Shown here: piece after piece, positions 10,351 to 19,957 of the stretch
How the letters are laid out: every line of letters starts with the position of its first letter
How positions within the stretch are numbered: the first letter of the stretch is position 1
Assembly (NCBI GenBank): GCA_050015075.1
Contig: JBEKCB010000007.1
Coordinates: 109,747 to 173,746 of the forward strand
Length of the DNA: 64,000 nucleotides
Origin: Candidatus Brocadiia bacterium
GTDB lineage: Bacteria > Planctomycetota > Brocadiia > CAIUPP01
Direction of reading: 5' to 3'
Translations under genes and position numbers: made by a program
Notes under the pieces: model-generated
Told to the model about the DNA's origin: nothing
Databases searched by the model: none
What the model saw: only the letters and a program-made list of their open reading frames with translations

Positions 10351-11046
10351 ATGGCGGAAAACGCCGCGAGCATTCTGATCATCGAGGACGAGCCGCCGAT
10401 CGTCCGCTTCCTGCGGACGGCGCTCGGCGGCCACGGCTATTCGTTCCACGAGGCCGCGACCGGGCAGGAAGGCCTGTCGCTGGCCGCGAGTTGCCGGCCG
10501 GATATCCTGCTGCTGGACCTCGGCCTGCCGGACATGGACGGGCTCGAAGTGATCCATCGGCTGCGCGCATGGAGCGCTGTGCCGATCGTCATCATCTCCG
10601 CGCGCGGGCAGGAGAGCGACAAAGTCGCCGCGCTCGACGCCGGCGCCGACGATTACCTGACGAAGCCGTTCGGCGTCCCGGAACTCATGGCGCGCATCCG
10701 CGCGGCGCTGCGGCACGCCGGGCGTGTGGGCGACGACGCCGAAAGCGCCGTCTTCGTCTCGGGCGATCTGAAGGTGGACCTGGCCGGCCATCTCGTCTCC
10801 CTGCGCAACAAGCCGGTCAGCCTGACGCCGATCGAGTTCCGCCTGCTGGCGCTGCTGGTGAAGCACGCCGGCAAAGTCGTCACGCAGCGCCAGTTGCTCA
10901 AGGAAGTCTGGGGGCCGCACCTGACGGACGAAACGACCTACCTGCGCGTCTTCGTGCACCAGTTGCGGCACAAGCTCGAAGGCAACCCCGCGCGCCCCAA
11001 GTACATCCTCACCGAGGCCGGCATCGGCTACCGGTTCCGGCTCTGA
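10351..11046 (+). CDS. kdpE: Response regulator KdpE
   Basis: IIEDE, LLDLGLPDMDG, DDYLTKPF, OmpR winged helix (TEAGIGYRF). Confidence 0.95.
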   Translation: MAENAASILIIEDEPPIVRFLRTALGGHGYSFHEAATGQEGLSLAASCRPDILLLDLGLPDMDGLEVIHRLRAWSAVPIVIISARGQESDKVAALDAGADDYLTKPFGVPELMARIRAALRHAGRVGDDAESAVFVSGDLKVDLAGHLVSLRNKPVSLTPIEFRLLALLVKHAGKVVTQRQLLKEVWGPHLTDETTYLRVFVHQLRHKLEGNPARPKYILTEAGIGYRFRL

Positions 11047-11192
11047 CCGCACAGCCGGTTCTTCACGCCGCTCGATTTGCGGCGCGCCGACGCGCGTTCT
11101 ATAATCAGAGTACGTCGGCTTCGAGATTTCAACCAGCGGGCGGGCGATGACCTCGCTCGCTCTCTTTTTATAGGCATGCGTTCGCGCGACCG

Positions 11193-12428
11193 ATGGGCAT
11201 TTCCTGGAAAAAGACTCTCTATTCGGTCTGCATCGCCCAGTTCATCGCGATGGTCGGCTTCGGGTTCGTGTTTCCGTTCATGGCCTTCTACCTCCACGAC
11301 CTCGGCGTGCCGGCGGGGCCGCAGGCGGACAAATGGGCCGGCATCCTCGTGACGGCGATGGGGGTTCCCATGGCGATCTGCTCGCCGATCTGGGGCTGGC
11401 TCGCCGACCGGCATGGCCGCAAAAGCATGGTGCTCAGGGCCATGTTCGGCGGCGCGGTCACCGTGGCGCTGATGGCGTTCGTCCAGAATGTCCACCAGCT
11501 CTTCGTCCTGCGCATTCTCCAGGGCATCCTCACCGGCACCATCACGGCGAGCATGGCAATGGTCGCCAGCGCGACTCCGACGGAACACTCCGGCTATGCG
11601 CTCGGCCTGGTCACTGTCTCCGCGAGCGGCGGCAACTTCATGGGCCCGTTGCTGGGCGGCTACGCGGCCAAATTCTTCGGCTACCGGCCCACCTTCATCA
11701 TCGCCGGCGCGATCCTCGTGGTCGGCGGCTTCATCGTGACGTACGGCACGGAGGAGAAATTCGAGCGCCACGCCACCAGCCGGGCGGGCGTGACCCGCGC
11801 GTTCCTGCCGTTGCTGGCGATCGGATCGTTCCTCGTGCCGCTGCTGACGCTCTGCCTGATCACCTTTGCCGCGACCGCGCCCACGCCGATCTTCCCCTAT
11901 TTCGTGCAGGACGTATCCGCGATGAACGACAAAGACGCCGCCGCGCTGACCGGTATCATCATCTCGGTGGTCGGGATCGTCGAAACGCTCTCCGCGTGGA
12001 TATTCGGCCGCTTCGGCGACCGGTGGGGGCACCGGCAAGTGCTCATGGCGGCGGTGGTCTGGGGCGGGATCATGGCGGGCCTGCAAGCTTACGCGCGGAA
12101 CATTCCGCAGCTCATGACGTTCCGCATCCTGTTCGCGTTCGGGATGGCGGGGGTTTTCCCCACCGCCAGCGCCATCATCCGCAAGGTGGTGCCCGAGCAC
12201 AGCCTGGGCAAGGCGTTCGGCCTCGTCGCCTCGCTGAACGCCCTGGGATGGGCGTTCGGCCCGCTCGCCGGCGCGTACCTCTCCGCGTACATGCGGGATT
12301 ATCGGCCGACCTTTACGTTTTCCGGAGTCGCGCTATGCATCGTCGCGCTGCTTATCGCTTGGCGCGTGAAGGAGCCGTCCGCGCCCGCCGAGAGAGTCCA
12401 GGCAAGCGCACCGGGCGCCGGGCCGTAA
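11193..12428 (+). CDS. MFS transporter (MdtG/DHA1-like)
   Basis: About 12 TM helices; motif A WGWLADRHGRK and FGRFGDRWGHR. Confidence 0.9.
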   Translation: MGISWKKTLYSVCIAQFIAMVGFGFVFPFMAFYLHDLGVPAGPQADKWAGILVTAMGVPMAICSPIWGWLADRHGRKSMVLRAMFGGAVTVALMAFVQNVHQLFVLRILQGILTGTITASMAMVASATPTEHSGYALGLVTVSASGGNFMGPLLGGYAAKFFGYRPTFIIAGAILVVGGFIVTYGTEEKFERHATSRAGVTRAFLPLLAIGSFLVPLLTLCLITFAATAPTPIFPYFVQDVSAMNDKDAAALTGIIISVVGIVETLSAWIFGRFGDRWGHRQVLMAAVVWGGIMAGLQAYARNIPQLMTFRILFAFGMAGVFPTASAIIRKVVPEHSLGKAFGLVASLNALGWAFGPLAGAYLSAYMRDYRPTFTFSGVALCIVALLIAWRVKEPSAPAERVQASAPGAGP

Positions 12429-12558
12429 GCAGCGGCCCCATGAGCGGCATATTATGGAACGGAACGCTTTTGGAAGAGTAGTTGTGACCACGTGCTTCGG
12501 CGTATAATGTTTGAGAGGGTTTTGAAACACATTATCCCTTCCGGGACCGGAGGTGGCC

Positions 12559-13470
12559 ATGCCGACCGTTATTGAGAACGTCCAGAAAGAAGGTCACGAC
12601 CTGCTGGTTCAGGTTGAGATTTTCCTGTATGTGCATTCCAACATTGAGTCCGGCCCTTCCAACGACCCAGGCCGTGCTCAGGCAGGGTCGGGATCATTTT
12701 GCAATTGGGGCAAACTCGAAGAGGTGGGATTGCAGGAACAGGCAAGGTTGCTTCAAAAGTCCGACGCTTTCTTTTCCGTGCTGGAAACGCTGCTCTCAGG
12801 CCGAACTGCGAGTTGCCGCAAAGAGGTGGAGACGGCGAGCGCGGAATTCCATGAACTCATCGCACAAGAAAAACGGTGCCCGTATAAGAGCGCTGATTCC
12901 GCCGTGCTGGCGGCCAAGAAGGCAATGCAGGTCGCCTTGAGCTGCCTGGCTCGACTCTACGACGGGAAGGGCGGCGAAGTGTGCTTCGTTCCCGACACAA
13001 ACGCCTTGCTTTACAACACGCAGCTCGATGCGTGGCAATTCGACCGCGTCCCAACGTTCACGGTTGTCCTGACCCCCGCAGTCCTTTCTGAACTCGAGGA
13101 CCTCAAAGTGCGGGGAAGTGACAGGAATAAGCCGAAGGCCGAAAACCTGGTGCGGCAAATAGAGGAGTATGCCGGCAGAGGCAACCTGAGCGAAGGCGTA
13201 ACTCTCGCCGAGGGCAGGAGCGTGGTGCGCTCGCTGGCGACAGAACCCGACATGGCCCATACGCTGTCGTGGCTTGACGCCGGCAGTAAGGACGACAGGT
13301 TCATCGCTTCCTTTCTCGAAGTGATGCGGCATCATCCCTGCTGCGAAGTGTTTCTGGTGAGCCGGGACGACAACGTCCGCAACAAAGCGAACTTTGCCTC
13401 GCTTCCGGTCATCGCCCCGCCAGACCCTCCTGCCCAACAAGGTCTTAGACTTCGCCCGAGACAGGGCTGA
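12559..13470 (+). CDS. Standalone PIN-domain protein with N-terminal helical domain
   Basis: FVPDTNALL, VLSELEDLK, DDRFIAS, LVSRDDNVRNKA. GGAGG RBS; TATAAT at 12503. Confidence 0.75.
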   Translation: MPTVIENVQKEGHDLLVQVEIFLYVHSNIESGPSNDPGRAQAGSGSFCNWGKLEEVGLQEQARLLQKSDAFFSVLETLLSGRTASCRKEVETASAEFHELIAQEKRCPYKSADSAVLAAKKAMQVALSCLARLYDGKGGEVCFVPDTNALLYNTQLDAWQFDRVPTFTVVLTPAVLSELEDLKVRGSDRNKPKAENLVRQIEEYAGRGNLSEGVTLAEGRSVVRSLATEPDMAHTLSWLDAGSKDDRFIASFLEVMRHHPCCEVFLVSRDDNVRNKANFASLPVIAPPDPPAQQGLRLRPRQG

Positions 13471-13929
13471 AGGCACATTGCCCGCGTGGCCGTGGCGCGC
13501 AAGCTGGTGGAGATTTGCTGGATTCTCCTGCGGCCCGGCATCGCGAGCGCGCCGCTGCATAGCGAGGAAAAGATTCCAGAACGCGCAGCGTACTGCGGGC
13601 GACGTGTGCCCAAGGCGGCGTTCGAGGCCCGGTCCAGGGGACTGGCGAGCGCCTCGCGTTGATGCCGGGGCGGATGCGCCGTTATTATGATTGGGCTGAC
13701 GCCGCGCGACGAGAATCATGCACGATCCGAGGATGGAATTCGGAGACGGTGCGAACCTGTCTGCCGTAGCTTCAGCGAACGCAGATGGGTGTCTGAACGG
13801 CACACGAACGGCACATTGAGAGTGAACGGCTTGGGCGAGGGACCGCCCTTGACAAGAAGACGGTTATGGATGTCGCCGGAGTCCTCAGTGAGGCGCTACC
13901 GACATCAGTCGGCAAGGACGCCGGACGGC

Positions 13930-14973
13930 CTATTTTCCGACGACCACGATCATGAAGCTATCCTTCACCATGGTCTGCGGGTGTCCCGATTTTGGCTCGA
14001 ATCGCGCCGTCGCCAGATAAACGTTGTGGGTCTTGAGGTCAAGCGCCATCGTTTGCGCGTTGTCTTCCGTCGGGATGTTCTCCGCCTCAAACTTGCCCGG
14101 CGCCGTTTCGCGGGCCACCGTCAGGGTGCCCTCGCCGTTTGAGCTGAAAGCCACGCCGGTGCCCGGATCGAACCCATTCGCGTCCACCCACCGGCCGATC
14201 GGCACGCAGGCGATCACTTTCCCCGCGCTCACGTCCAGGACGGTCATGATTTTGTTGCTGCACCCGGAGAAGACGAGATGATGCGCCGCGTCAAGGGCCA
14301 GGCCCGAAGGCTTCAGGCCCGGCGCGAGCGGGAAACGCTTCGTCACGACGAGTTTCGCGCTGTCAATTTCGACGACCTCGCTGGTGCTCACGATGTTCGC
14401 ATAGACCTTGCCCTGGCCGTCGGCAGAGGCATACTCCGGACAACCGCCGAGCGGGACCGTGCCGACGACTTCGCCGGAGGCGGCGTCGAACGCGGTGGCG
14501 TCATTAGCGTCGCCGTTGAAAGTGAAGACGCGTTTCGAGGCCGGGTCGTAGATGATGCAGTCGGGTCCTGCGCCCGTCTTCACTTCGCCGATCACCTTCA
14601 GCGTCTTCAAATCGAAAATGGTCGAGGTATTGGCGTCGCCGTTGCTGGTAAATCCGCGGCCCAATTCGGGCGCGAGCGCGATGCCGTGCACGCCTTGCGT
14701 GCCGGGGATGTCGCCGACCACTTTATCGGTCTCGAGGTCCACGACCATCACGTGGCTGCTGCGCGAGAGGTACAGCCGCCGCGCGGCGCTGTCAATCGTC
14801 AGGTAATCCCAGCGCCCCTCGCCGCCGAGCGTCACCTTCTTGATCACGTGATAGCCCGACGCCGCTCCGTTGCCGCCTTCCGGCGCCGCAATCGCCGGAC
14901 GCCACATACCGATCCACAGGCACGCCGCCGTCAGCGCCAATCCCGCTTTCAAGGTTCCAAGTCGCATGGACAT
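13930..14973 (-). CDS. Secreted YncE/YVTN-like beta-propeller protein
   Basis: Signal peptide, WDYLTID, GVHGIALAPELGRGFTSNG, repeated blade pattern. Confidence 0.85.
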   Translation of the reverse strand: MSMRLGTLKAGLALTAACLWIGMWRPAIAAPEGGNGAASGYHVIKKVTLGGEGRWDYLTIDSAARRLYLSRSSHVMVVDLETDKVVGDIPGTQGVHGIALAPELGRGFTSNGDANTSTIFDLKTLKVIGEVKTGAGPDCIIYDPASKRVFTFNGDANDATAFDAASGEVVGTVPLGGCPEYASADGQGKVYANIVSTSEVVEIDSAKLVVTKRFPLAPGLKPSGLALDAAHHLVFSGCSNKIMTVLDVSAGKVIACVPIGRWVDANGFDPGTGVAFSSNGEGTLTVARETAPGKFEAENIPTEDNAQTMALDLKTHNVYLATARFEPKSGHPQTMVKDSFMIVVVGK

Positions 14974-15278
14974 TGCTTCTTTCCTCAAAAGACGTTTTTC
15001 CCATTTGACCGTCCCTCCGAGGACGGCCGCCTCTCACAAGCGAAATTGTAAGCTCGAAACGACCGGTGTCAAGGCGACTTCCGACACTTTATCGCCCCTG
15101 CAGATCCCGCCGCGGCCTCGGTCAATGCTAGTGACCTCGATACGATTCCAGGCCTCTCGGATGGTCCACGGTCTCGCCCTCCGTGATACGGATTTGATGC
15201 GGAATTCCGTATCAGGGCAAGGCCGGGCTTTCATTCCACCCGCGTCAATCCACGGGTTTTCCTTACGGGTGCGAGAAA

Positions 15279-15360
15279 TGCGAGGGGCGGGAGTTGAACC
15301 CGCATGGATTTCTCCACTGGATCCTAAGTCCAGCGCGTCTGCCAGTTCCGCCACCCTCGC
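15279..15360 (-). tRNA. tRNA-Leu, anticodon UAG
   Basis: GCGAGGG/CCCTCGC-A acceptor stem, D arm GGAACTGGCAGACGC, CTGGA-CTTAGGA-TCCAG anticodon arm, variable arm, GGTTCAACTCC T arm. CCA not encoded. Confidence 0.95.
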
Positions 15361-15628
15361 GCTGGCGCGATTCTACTTGATTTTTCTTCGCTTCTCAATG
15401 CCCCGCTTGAAGTTGCGTCCTGTCCCTTGCCGTTCACATCGCATGGGCCCGGCGCCGGTCCGTCCTCTTCGACGGCCGGCATGGCATCGGCGAAAAAGGC
15501 TTGACAAGAGGAAAACGGAAGCGCAAACTACCTCCGGCCGGAGAAACGGAAGTGGGCTGCTCTGGAGAGAGTCTCTCGCCAGCGTGAGGCGTTTGTCCAT
15601 TTCACGCTGAACCAGGACGACAACCGCT

Positions 15629-17557
15629 TTGTATGGCATCTCGCACAAGGGTGGCCCGGAGGTTCAGACCATTGGGCATGGGACGGGTTCAGCGACGGTC
15701 CCGGTGCTTCTGAGAAGACTCTGCCCGCAGCATGTCTTCATGCCCGTCTTTTCCGCACTCTTCCTCATCTCGTTTTTCCTCTACCTCTGGTTACGCATTG
15801 ATCCCGCGCTGCTTTGGGGTTTCATGCGGTTCCGAGAGTTCCCTTGCTTCCGGAAGGGCGCGGAGTTCCTCGGAGACTTTCTGCCGTATCCGGGAGGACC
15901 GATCGGGTACCTGGCGGCGTTCCTCTCTCAGTTGTACTACTGGTCCTGGCTCGGCTCGTTGATCGTCACCCTGCTGGGCGGGCTGCTTTGCCTGGCCACT
16001 TACGGAGTATTCCAGGCGCTCGGCGGCACCCGCGTGCGCGCTCTTTACTTCGTTCCGGCAGTCCTCCTCCTGGCGCTTTATAACCTGTACGGCCATCTGC
16101 TTGCCGCCGCGCTGGCGTTGCTGGCCGCATTGCTTTTCGTGAATATCTACTCGCGGTGGGCGCCTCGATCTGCCTGGCTGCGGTTGCCTGCATTCCTGCT
16201 TCTGTCCGCCGCCGTCTACTATCTCACGGCGGGCGCGTATCTGGTTTTTGCGGCATTATGCGGAATCCTGGAACTCTTGACCCGGCGGCGGCCTTTCCTC
16301 GGCGCGTGCTATATCGCGTGTGTCGTGGGAGTTCCCTATCTGGCCGAGAGGTGCGTCTTCCCCGTCAGCACCGTCGAGGCATCTCTGCGCTTGATTCCCT
16401 TCTCTTTGGCGAAAACAGGGCCGATTCCAACTGTCGCGCTTGGCCTGTATCTTTTCTGCCCCGTTGTTGGATTAGTGATCGCCATCGTGCGCCGATTCGG
16501 CGGAGGGCGGTTGCGAGCGACCGAAGGCACGCTCTCTCCGTCCGGTCAACAGTCGCAGCCGCGCTCCCTGAGAGCGGGGTTCAGGCCGGCGCTCGAATCG
16601 CCGCTCCTTCTCATCCTGGCCGCCATCCCGATCTATTTCTCGTTGGACATGGGGGCGAGGAGATCCCTTCGAATCGAAAGCTGGGCGAGCCAGGGACGGT
16701 GGGATCAGATCCTTCGAGAAGCCGAGCACCTCTCGCGCTCGCAATACAATCCGACGATCAATTGGGAGGTCAAGCGGGCGCTCTACCACACCGGCCGGAT
16801 GCCCGAGGGCCTGTTTGAGTATGTCCAATACCCCGGGAGCCTTGTGAGCCTTGTGCCCACCGCGGGCGGCGAAGCCAGCGACATCTGGATTGAACTGGGA
16901 GACGTGGCCGAGGCCGAACACCTGGCGTATGAGACGTTGGAAATAGATGGCGAGCGGCCGCGGAACCTGCAACGGGTGGCGCTGATCAACATGGTCAAGG
17001 GTAAGACGGAGGCCGCGCGCGTCTTCCTGGGCGCCCTCGCGCTGGACCCGGTTTGCGGGCGCTGGGGAACGCTCGGCCTGGAGCGTTTGGAGGCCGACCC
17101 GCAACTCTCCACCGACCCGGAAGTCCAGCGCCTGCGTTTCTTCAGGCCCACACGAGACACCGTCAAGTTCAATTCCGTGGAAGACAAGCTGTTGGCGCTC
17201 CTGGAAGCCAACAGGCGAAATCGAATGGCGTTCGAATACCTGATGAGTCACTACCTCCTGTCCCGCCAGCTCGACAAGTTCGCCCTGAACATCCGCCGTC
17301 TCGATGATTTTGACTATCCCGCCGTCCCTCGCCTTTACGAGGAGGCAATACTGGTCTATACGGCCACGACCGGCAAGCAGATTGACCTGAACGGCCGGCG
17401 CATCAGGCCGGAGACGCTCGAACGGTTTCAGCGCGTCGGCAACATCCTCGCTTCTCACGGGAACGACCATGAGGGCGCCCTCAGAGACGTTGCCAGAGAC
17501 TACGGCGGCAGTTTCTTCTGGTGGTCCCTGGCCATGAGAGGACGGCAACCGGAATGA
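15629..17557 (+). CDS. Multi-pass membrane protein with C-terminal helical/TPR-like domain (DUF6057-like); start uncertain
   Basis: YPGGPIGYLAAFLSQLYY, NRMAFEYLMSHYLL, PRLYEEAILVY motifs. ATGA-coupled to the next gene. Confidence 0.7.
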   Translation: MYGISHKGGPEVQTIGHGTGSATVPVLLRRLCPQHVFMPVFSALFLISFFLYLWLRIDPALLWGFMRFREFPCFRKGAEFLGDFLPYPGGPIGYLAAFLSQLYYWSWLGSLIVTLLGGLLCLATYGVFQALGGTRVRALYFVPAVLLLALYNLYGHLLAAALALLAALLFVNIYSRWAPRSAWLRLPAFLLLSAAVYYLTAGAYLVFAALCGILELLTRRRPFLGACYIACVVGVPYLAERCVFPVSTVEASLRLIPFSLAKTGPIPTVALGLYLFCPVVGLVIAIVRRFGGGRLRATEGTLSPSGQQSQPRSLRAGFRPALESPLLLILAAIPIYFSLDMGARRSLRIESWASQGRWDQILREAEHLSRSQYNPTINWEVKRALYHTGRMPEGLFEYVQYPGSLVSLVPTAGGEASDIWIELGDVAEAEHLAYETLEIDGERPRNLQRVALINMVKGKTEAARVFLGALALDPVCGRWGTLGLERLEADPQLSTDPEVQRLRFFRPTRDTVKFNSVEDKLLALLEANRRNRMAFEYLMSHYLLSRQLDKFALNIRRLDDFDYPAVPRLYEEAILVYTATTGKQIDLNGRRIRPETLERFQRVGNILASHGNDHEGALRDVARDYGGSFFWWSLAMRGRQPE

Positions 17558-19149
17558 GGAAGCGGAAACTCTGCGTGCTGCTGTTCTGCGCCGGCCTGGC
17601 GCTATCGGCGGCCGTCCTGTCTTTCCGGCTGCGCCCGCGTGCGAGCGACGTCGCGAACTGCGCGCCCGTGAACCGGCTTCCGCACATACACCCCGATTAT
17701 TCCGGAGTCGTCATTCCGCCGAATATCGCGCCCATGAACTTCGTCGTGGAGGAGCCGGGTGCAGAATACTACGTCAGAATATCATCGAAGCGCGGAGAAG
17801 GTATTGACATTTCCTCCAGCACCCCGCGGATCGTGATCCCCTCAAGACCATGGAAAAGCCTCCTGGCGGCCAATCGCGGGGAGGAACTTCGTTTTGATCT
17901 CTGCGTGCGACCGGCCGGCGGCCGGTGGGAGAGGTTTGACAGCGTCATCAACAAGATCGCACAGGAGGAGGTGGACGGATACCTGGTGTACCGCCTGATC
18001 AACCCGGTGCACAACATTCATTCGGTGATGAGCATCCGTCAGCGGAACCTGCAGGACTTCGACGAATCGGTTCTTCTCGACAGCAGAGATTTCGGCGATC
18101 AATGCATGAACTGCCACACGTTCCTCAACAACAGGCCCGACAACATGATCGTGCAGACGCGCGGCGTCACAGGGGGCATGATCCTCCTGCGCGACGGGAC
18201 GCTCACGAAGGTGGATACCCGCACGAAGCTCAATCCCGCTCCCGCGGCATTCGTCTCGTGGCACCCGAGCGGACGCTTGATCGTTTTCTCGGTCAACACC
18301 CTGCGGCTGTTTTTCCATTCCGCCAGGACCGAACTCCGGGACGTTGTGGACCTGGATTCTCAACTGGCTGTGTACTCGGTCGAGTCGAACAGCATAACGA
18401 GCACATCCAAGATCACCCGGCCTGACCGCCTCGAGACATGGCCGACCTGGGCGCCGGACGGGCGTTACCTGTACTTCTGCTCCGCTCCCAAGTTATGGAC
18501 CAGCCGCGAGAAAGCGCCGCCGGACCGCTACGACCAGGTCCAGTACGACCTGATGCGCATCGGTTATGACCTGAGCACCGGCGCCTGGGGCGAAGTCGAG
18601 GCCGTGCTTTCCGCAGAGGAGACCGGCTTGAGCATCACGCAGCCCCGAATCTCTCCGGATGGAAAGTTTCTCGTGTTCTGCATGTCCGAATACAGCACTT
18701 TCCCCTGCTACCAGCCGAGCAGCGACTTGTACCTCATGGATCTCAGGACCGGCCGCTATGCTCCCATGGAGTGCAACAGCGACCAGGCGGACACGTGGCA
18801 CTGCTGGTCAAGCAACAGCCACTGGCTTGCCTTCACCAGCAAGCGGGGGACCGGCCTGCTGGGCAGAGTGTACTTCAGCTACATTGATGAAAACGGAAAG
18901 GCGCAGAAGCCGTTCATTCTGCCGCAGCGGAACCCGGCTTTCTATGATTCCTTCCCGAAGCTCTATCAGTTGCCGGAGCTTATCGTGGATCCTGTCCGGG
19001 TGAGCGAGCATGAGTTCGCCCGCGCCATTCTCGCCCCCAGCGGAGTCACCGGCCAACTGGCCGTCACGGGTGCGACCCCGAAGGCCGAAGCCGGGCCGAC
19101 GACTCCCATGTACGGCCCTCATCCGGAGACGGACAGCGATGGGCAATAA
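17554..19149 (+). CDS. TolB-like/PD40 beta-propeller protein with a CxxCH motif
   Basis: IHPDYSGVVIPPNIAPMNF, CMNCH, WAPDGRYLYF and ISPDGKFL PD40-type repeats. Confidence 0.75.
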   Translation: MRKRKLCVLLFCAGLALSAAVLSFRLRPRASDVANCAPVNRLPHIHPDYSGVVIPPNIAPMNFVVEEPGAEYYVRISSKRGEGIDISSSTPRIVIPSRPWKSLLAANRGEELRFDLCVRPAGGRWERFDSVINKIAQEEVDGYLVYRLINPVHNIHSVMSIRQRNLQDFDESVLLDSRDFGDQCMNCHTFLNNRPDNMIVQTRGVTGGMILLRDGTLTKVDTRTKLNPAPAAFVSWHPSGRLIVFSVNTLRLFFHSARTELRDVVDLDSQLAVYSVESNSITSTSKITRPDRLETWPTWAPDGRYLYFCSAPKLWTSREKAPPDRYDQVQYDLMRIGYDLSTGAWGEVEAVLSAEETGLSITQPRISPDGKFLVFCMSEYSTFPCYQPSSDLYLMDLRTGRYAPMECNSDQADTWHCWSSNSHWLAFTSKRGTGLLGRVYFSYIDENGKAQKPFILPQRNPAFYDSFPKLYQLPELIVDPVRVSEHEFARAILAPSGVTGQLAVTGATPKAEAGPTTPMYGPHPETDSDGQ

Positions 19150-19172
19150 GTCGCCGGCGTTCAAAAGAAGCC

Positions 19173-19376
19173 CTAAAAGATGGTGTAGATCAGCGGCGCG
19201 AGCGGCGATCCGCCCAGAACGACCAGGAGCGCCATAAGGAACAGGATGATGATGATCGGCAGCAGCCACCATTTCTTGTTGTGGGCGAGAAAGTAGAGAA
19301 ACTCGCTCAACAGGCCCGTGCGCTTCTTCCGGGTCTCTGACTCGAAGTCGTTTCTGTCCGGCTTGATCGTGCCCAA
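19173..19376 (-). CDS. Small membrane protein (DUF5989/SxtK-like)
   Basis: FLAHNKKWWLLPII...SPLAPLIYTIF signature. Confidence 0.8.
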   Translation of the reverse strand: MGTIKPDRNDFESETRKKRTGLLSEFLYFLAHNKKWWLLPIIIILFLMALLVVLGGSPLAPLIYTIF

Positions 19377-19388
19377 GGGGCCTCGCCT

Positions 19389-19817
19389 TCAGAACTGCCG
19401 AAAATAGTCTGCGGCCTTCGCCGGCAATCCTCGCTTGATCCAATAGCTCTCCGCCGCGCTGTCGAACCGCCGGTGCAAAAGGTCCCGTCCGATCAGACGA
19501 AAGATAAGGGCTATCGGCGTAAACACGAGGAAAAATATGATCGCGAGGGCCACGTGGCTCATGACCCATCCGAGCGGCCATGCAACGGCCATCCAGGCGA
19601 TGTAAAGCGGCCGAATCCACCTGGGAGCGGCCAGACCGATGGCCGCCAGCGCAACGCCGAGCGCCCATAACGCAATTGGCGCGGCGTGCCGAACCGTGCC
19701 CAGCTTCCAAGCCGCGAGCGCGCCGGCCAGCCCCAGGCTCAGCAGCAGGACAAGGGCGAACTGACGCAGCCTCCGGTCGTCCGGCCGCCAGTCTATTTCA
19801 ATCACGGCCACGGGCAT
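19389..19817 (-). CDS. SxtJ-family membrane protein
   Basis: LRQF, PLYIAWM...LGWV, IFFLVFTPI..IFRLIGRD.L, SYW, FRQF. Confidence 0.8.
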   Translation of the reverse strand: MPVAVIEIDWRPDDRRLRQFALVLLLSLGLAGALAAWKLGTVRHAAPIALWALGVALAAIGLAAPRWIRPLYIAWMAVAWPLGWVMSHVALAIIFFLVFTPIALIFRLIGRDLLHRRFDSAAESYWIKRGLPAKAADYFRQF

Positions 19818-19840
19818 ACTCCTGAGAAGCGCAAGGTTTG

Positions 19841-19926
19841 GTCATTCCGAGCGAAGCGAGGAATCTCATACGCCTCGCGCCGGTTATGGTTCAACGTGTG
19901 AGATACTTCGCTGCGCTCAGTATGAC
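19841..19926. repeat. REP-like palindromic element
   Basis: GTCATTCCGAGCGAAGCGAGGAATCTCA...TGAGATACTTCGCTGCGCTCAGTATGAC inverted repeat in an intergenic spacer. Confidence 0.6.
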
Positions 19927-19957
19927 GCGGGCTATAGTTATGTTCCGGCACAGTACG

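Noticed and set aside
12430-15360. Integrative element at tRNA-Leu(UAG)
   Set aside because: No integrase, and no duplicated tRNA 3' end found by eye. The same holds for tRNA-Leu(UAA).
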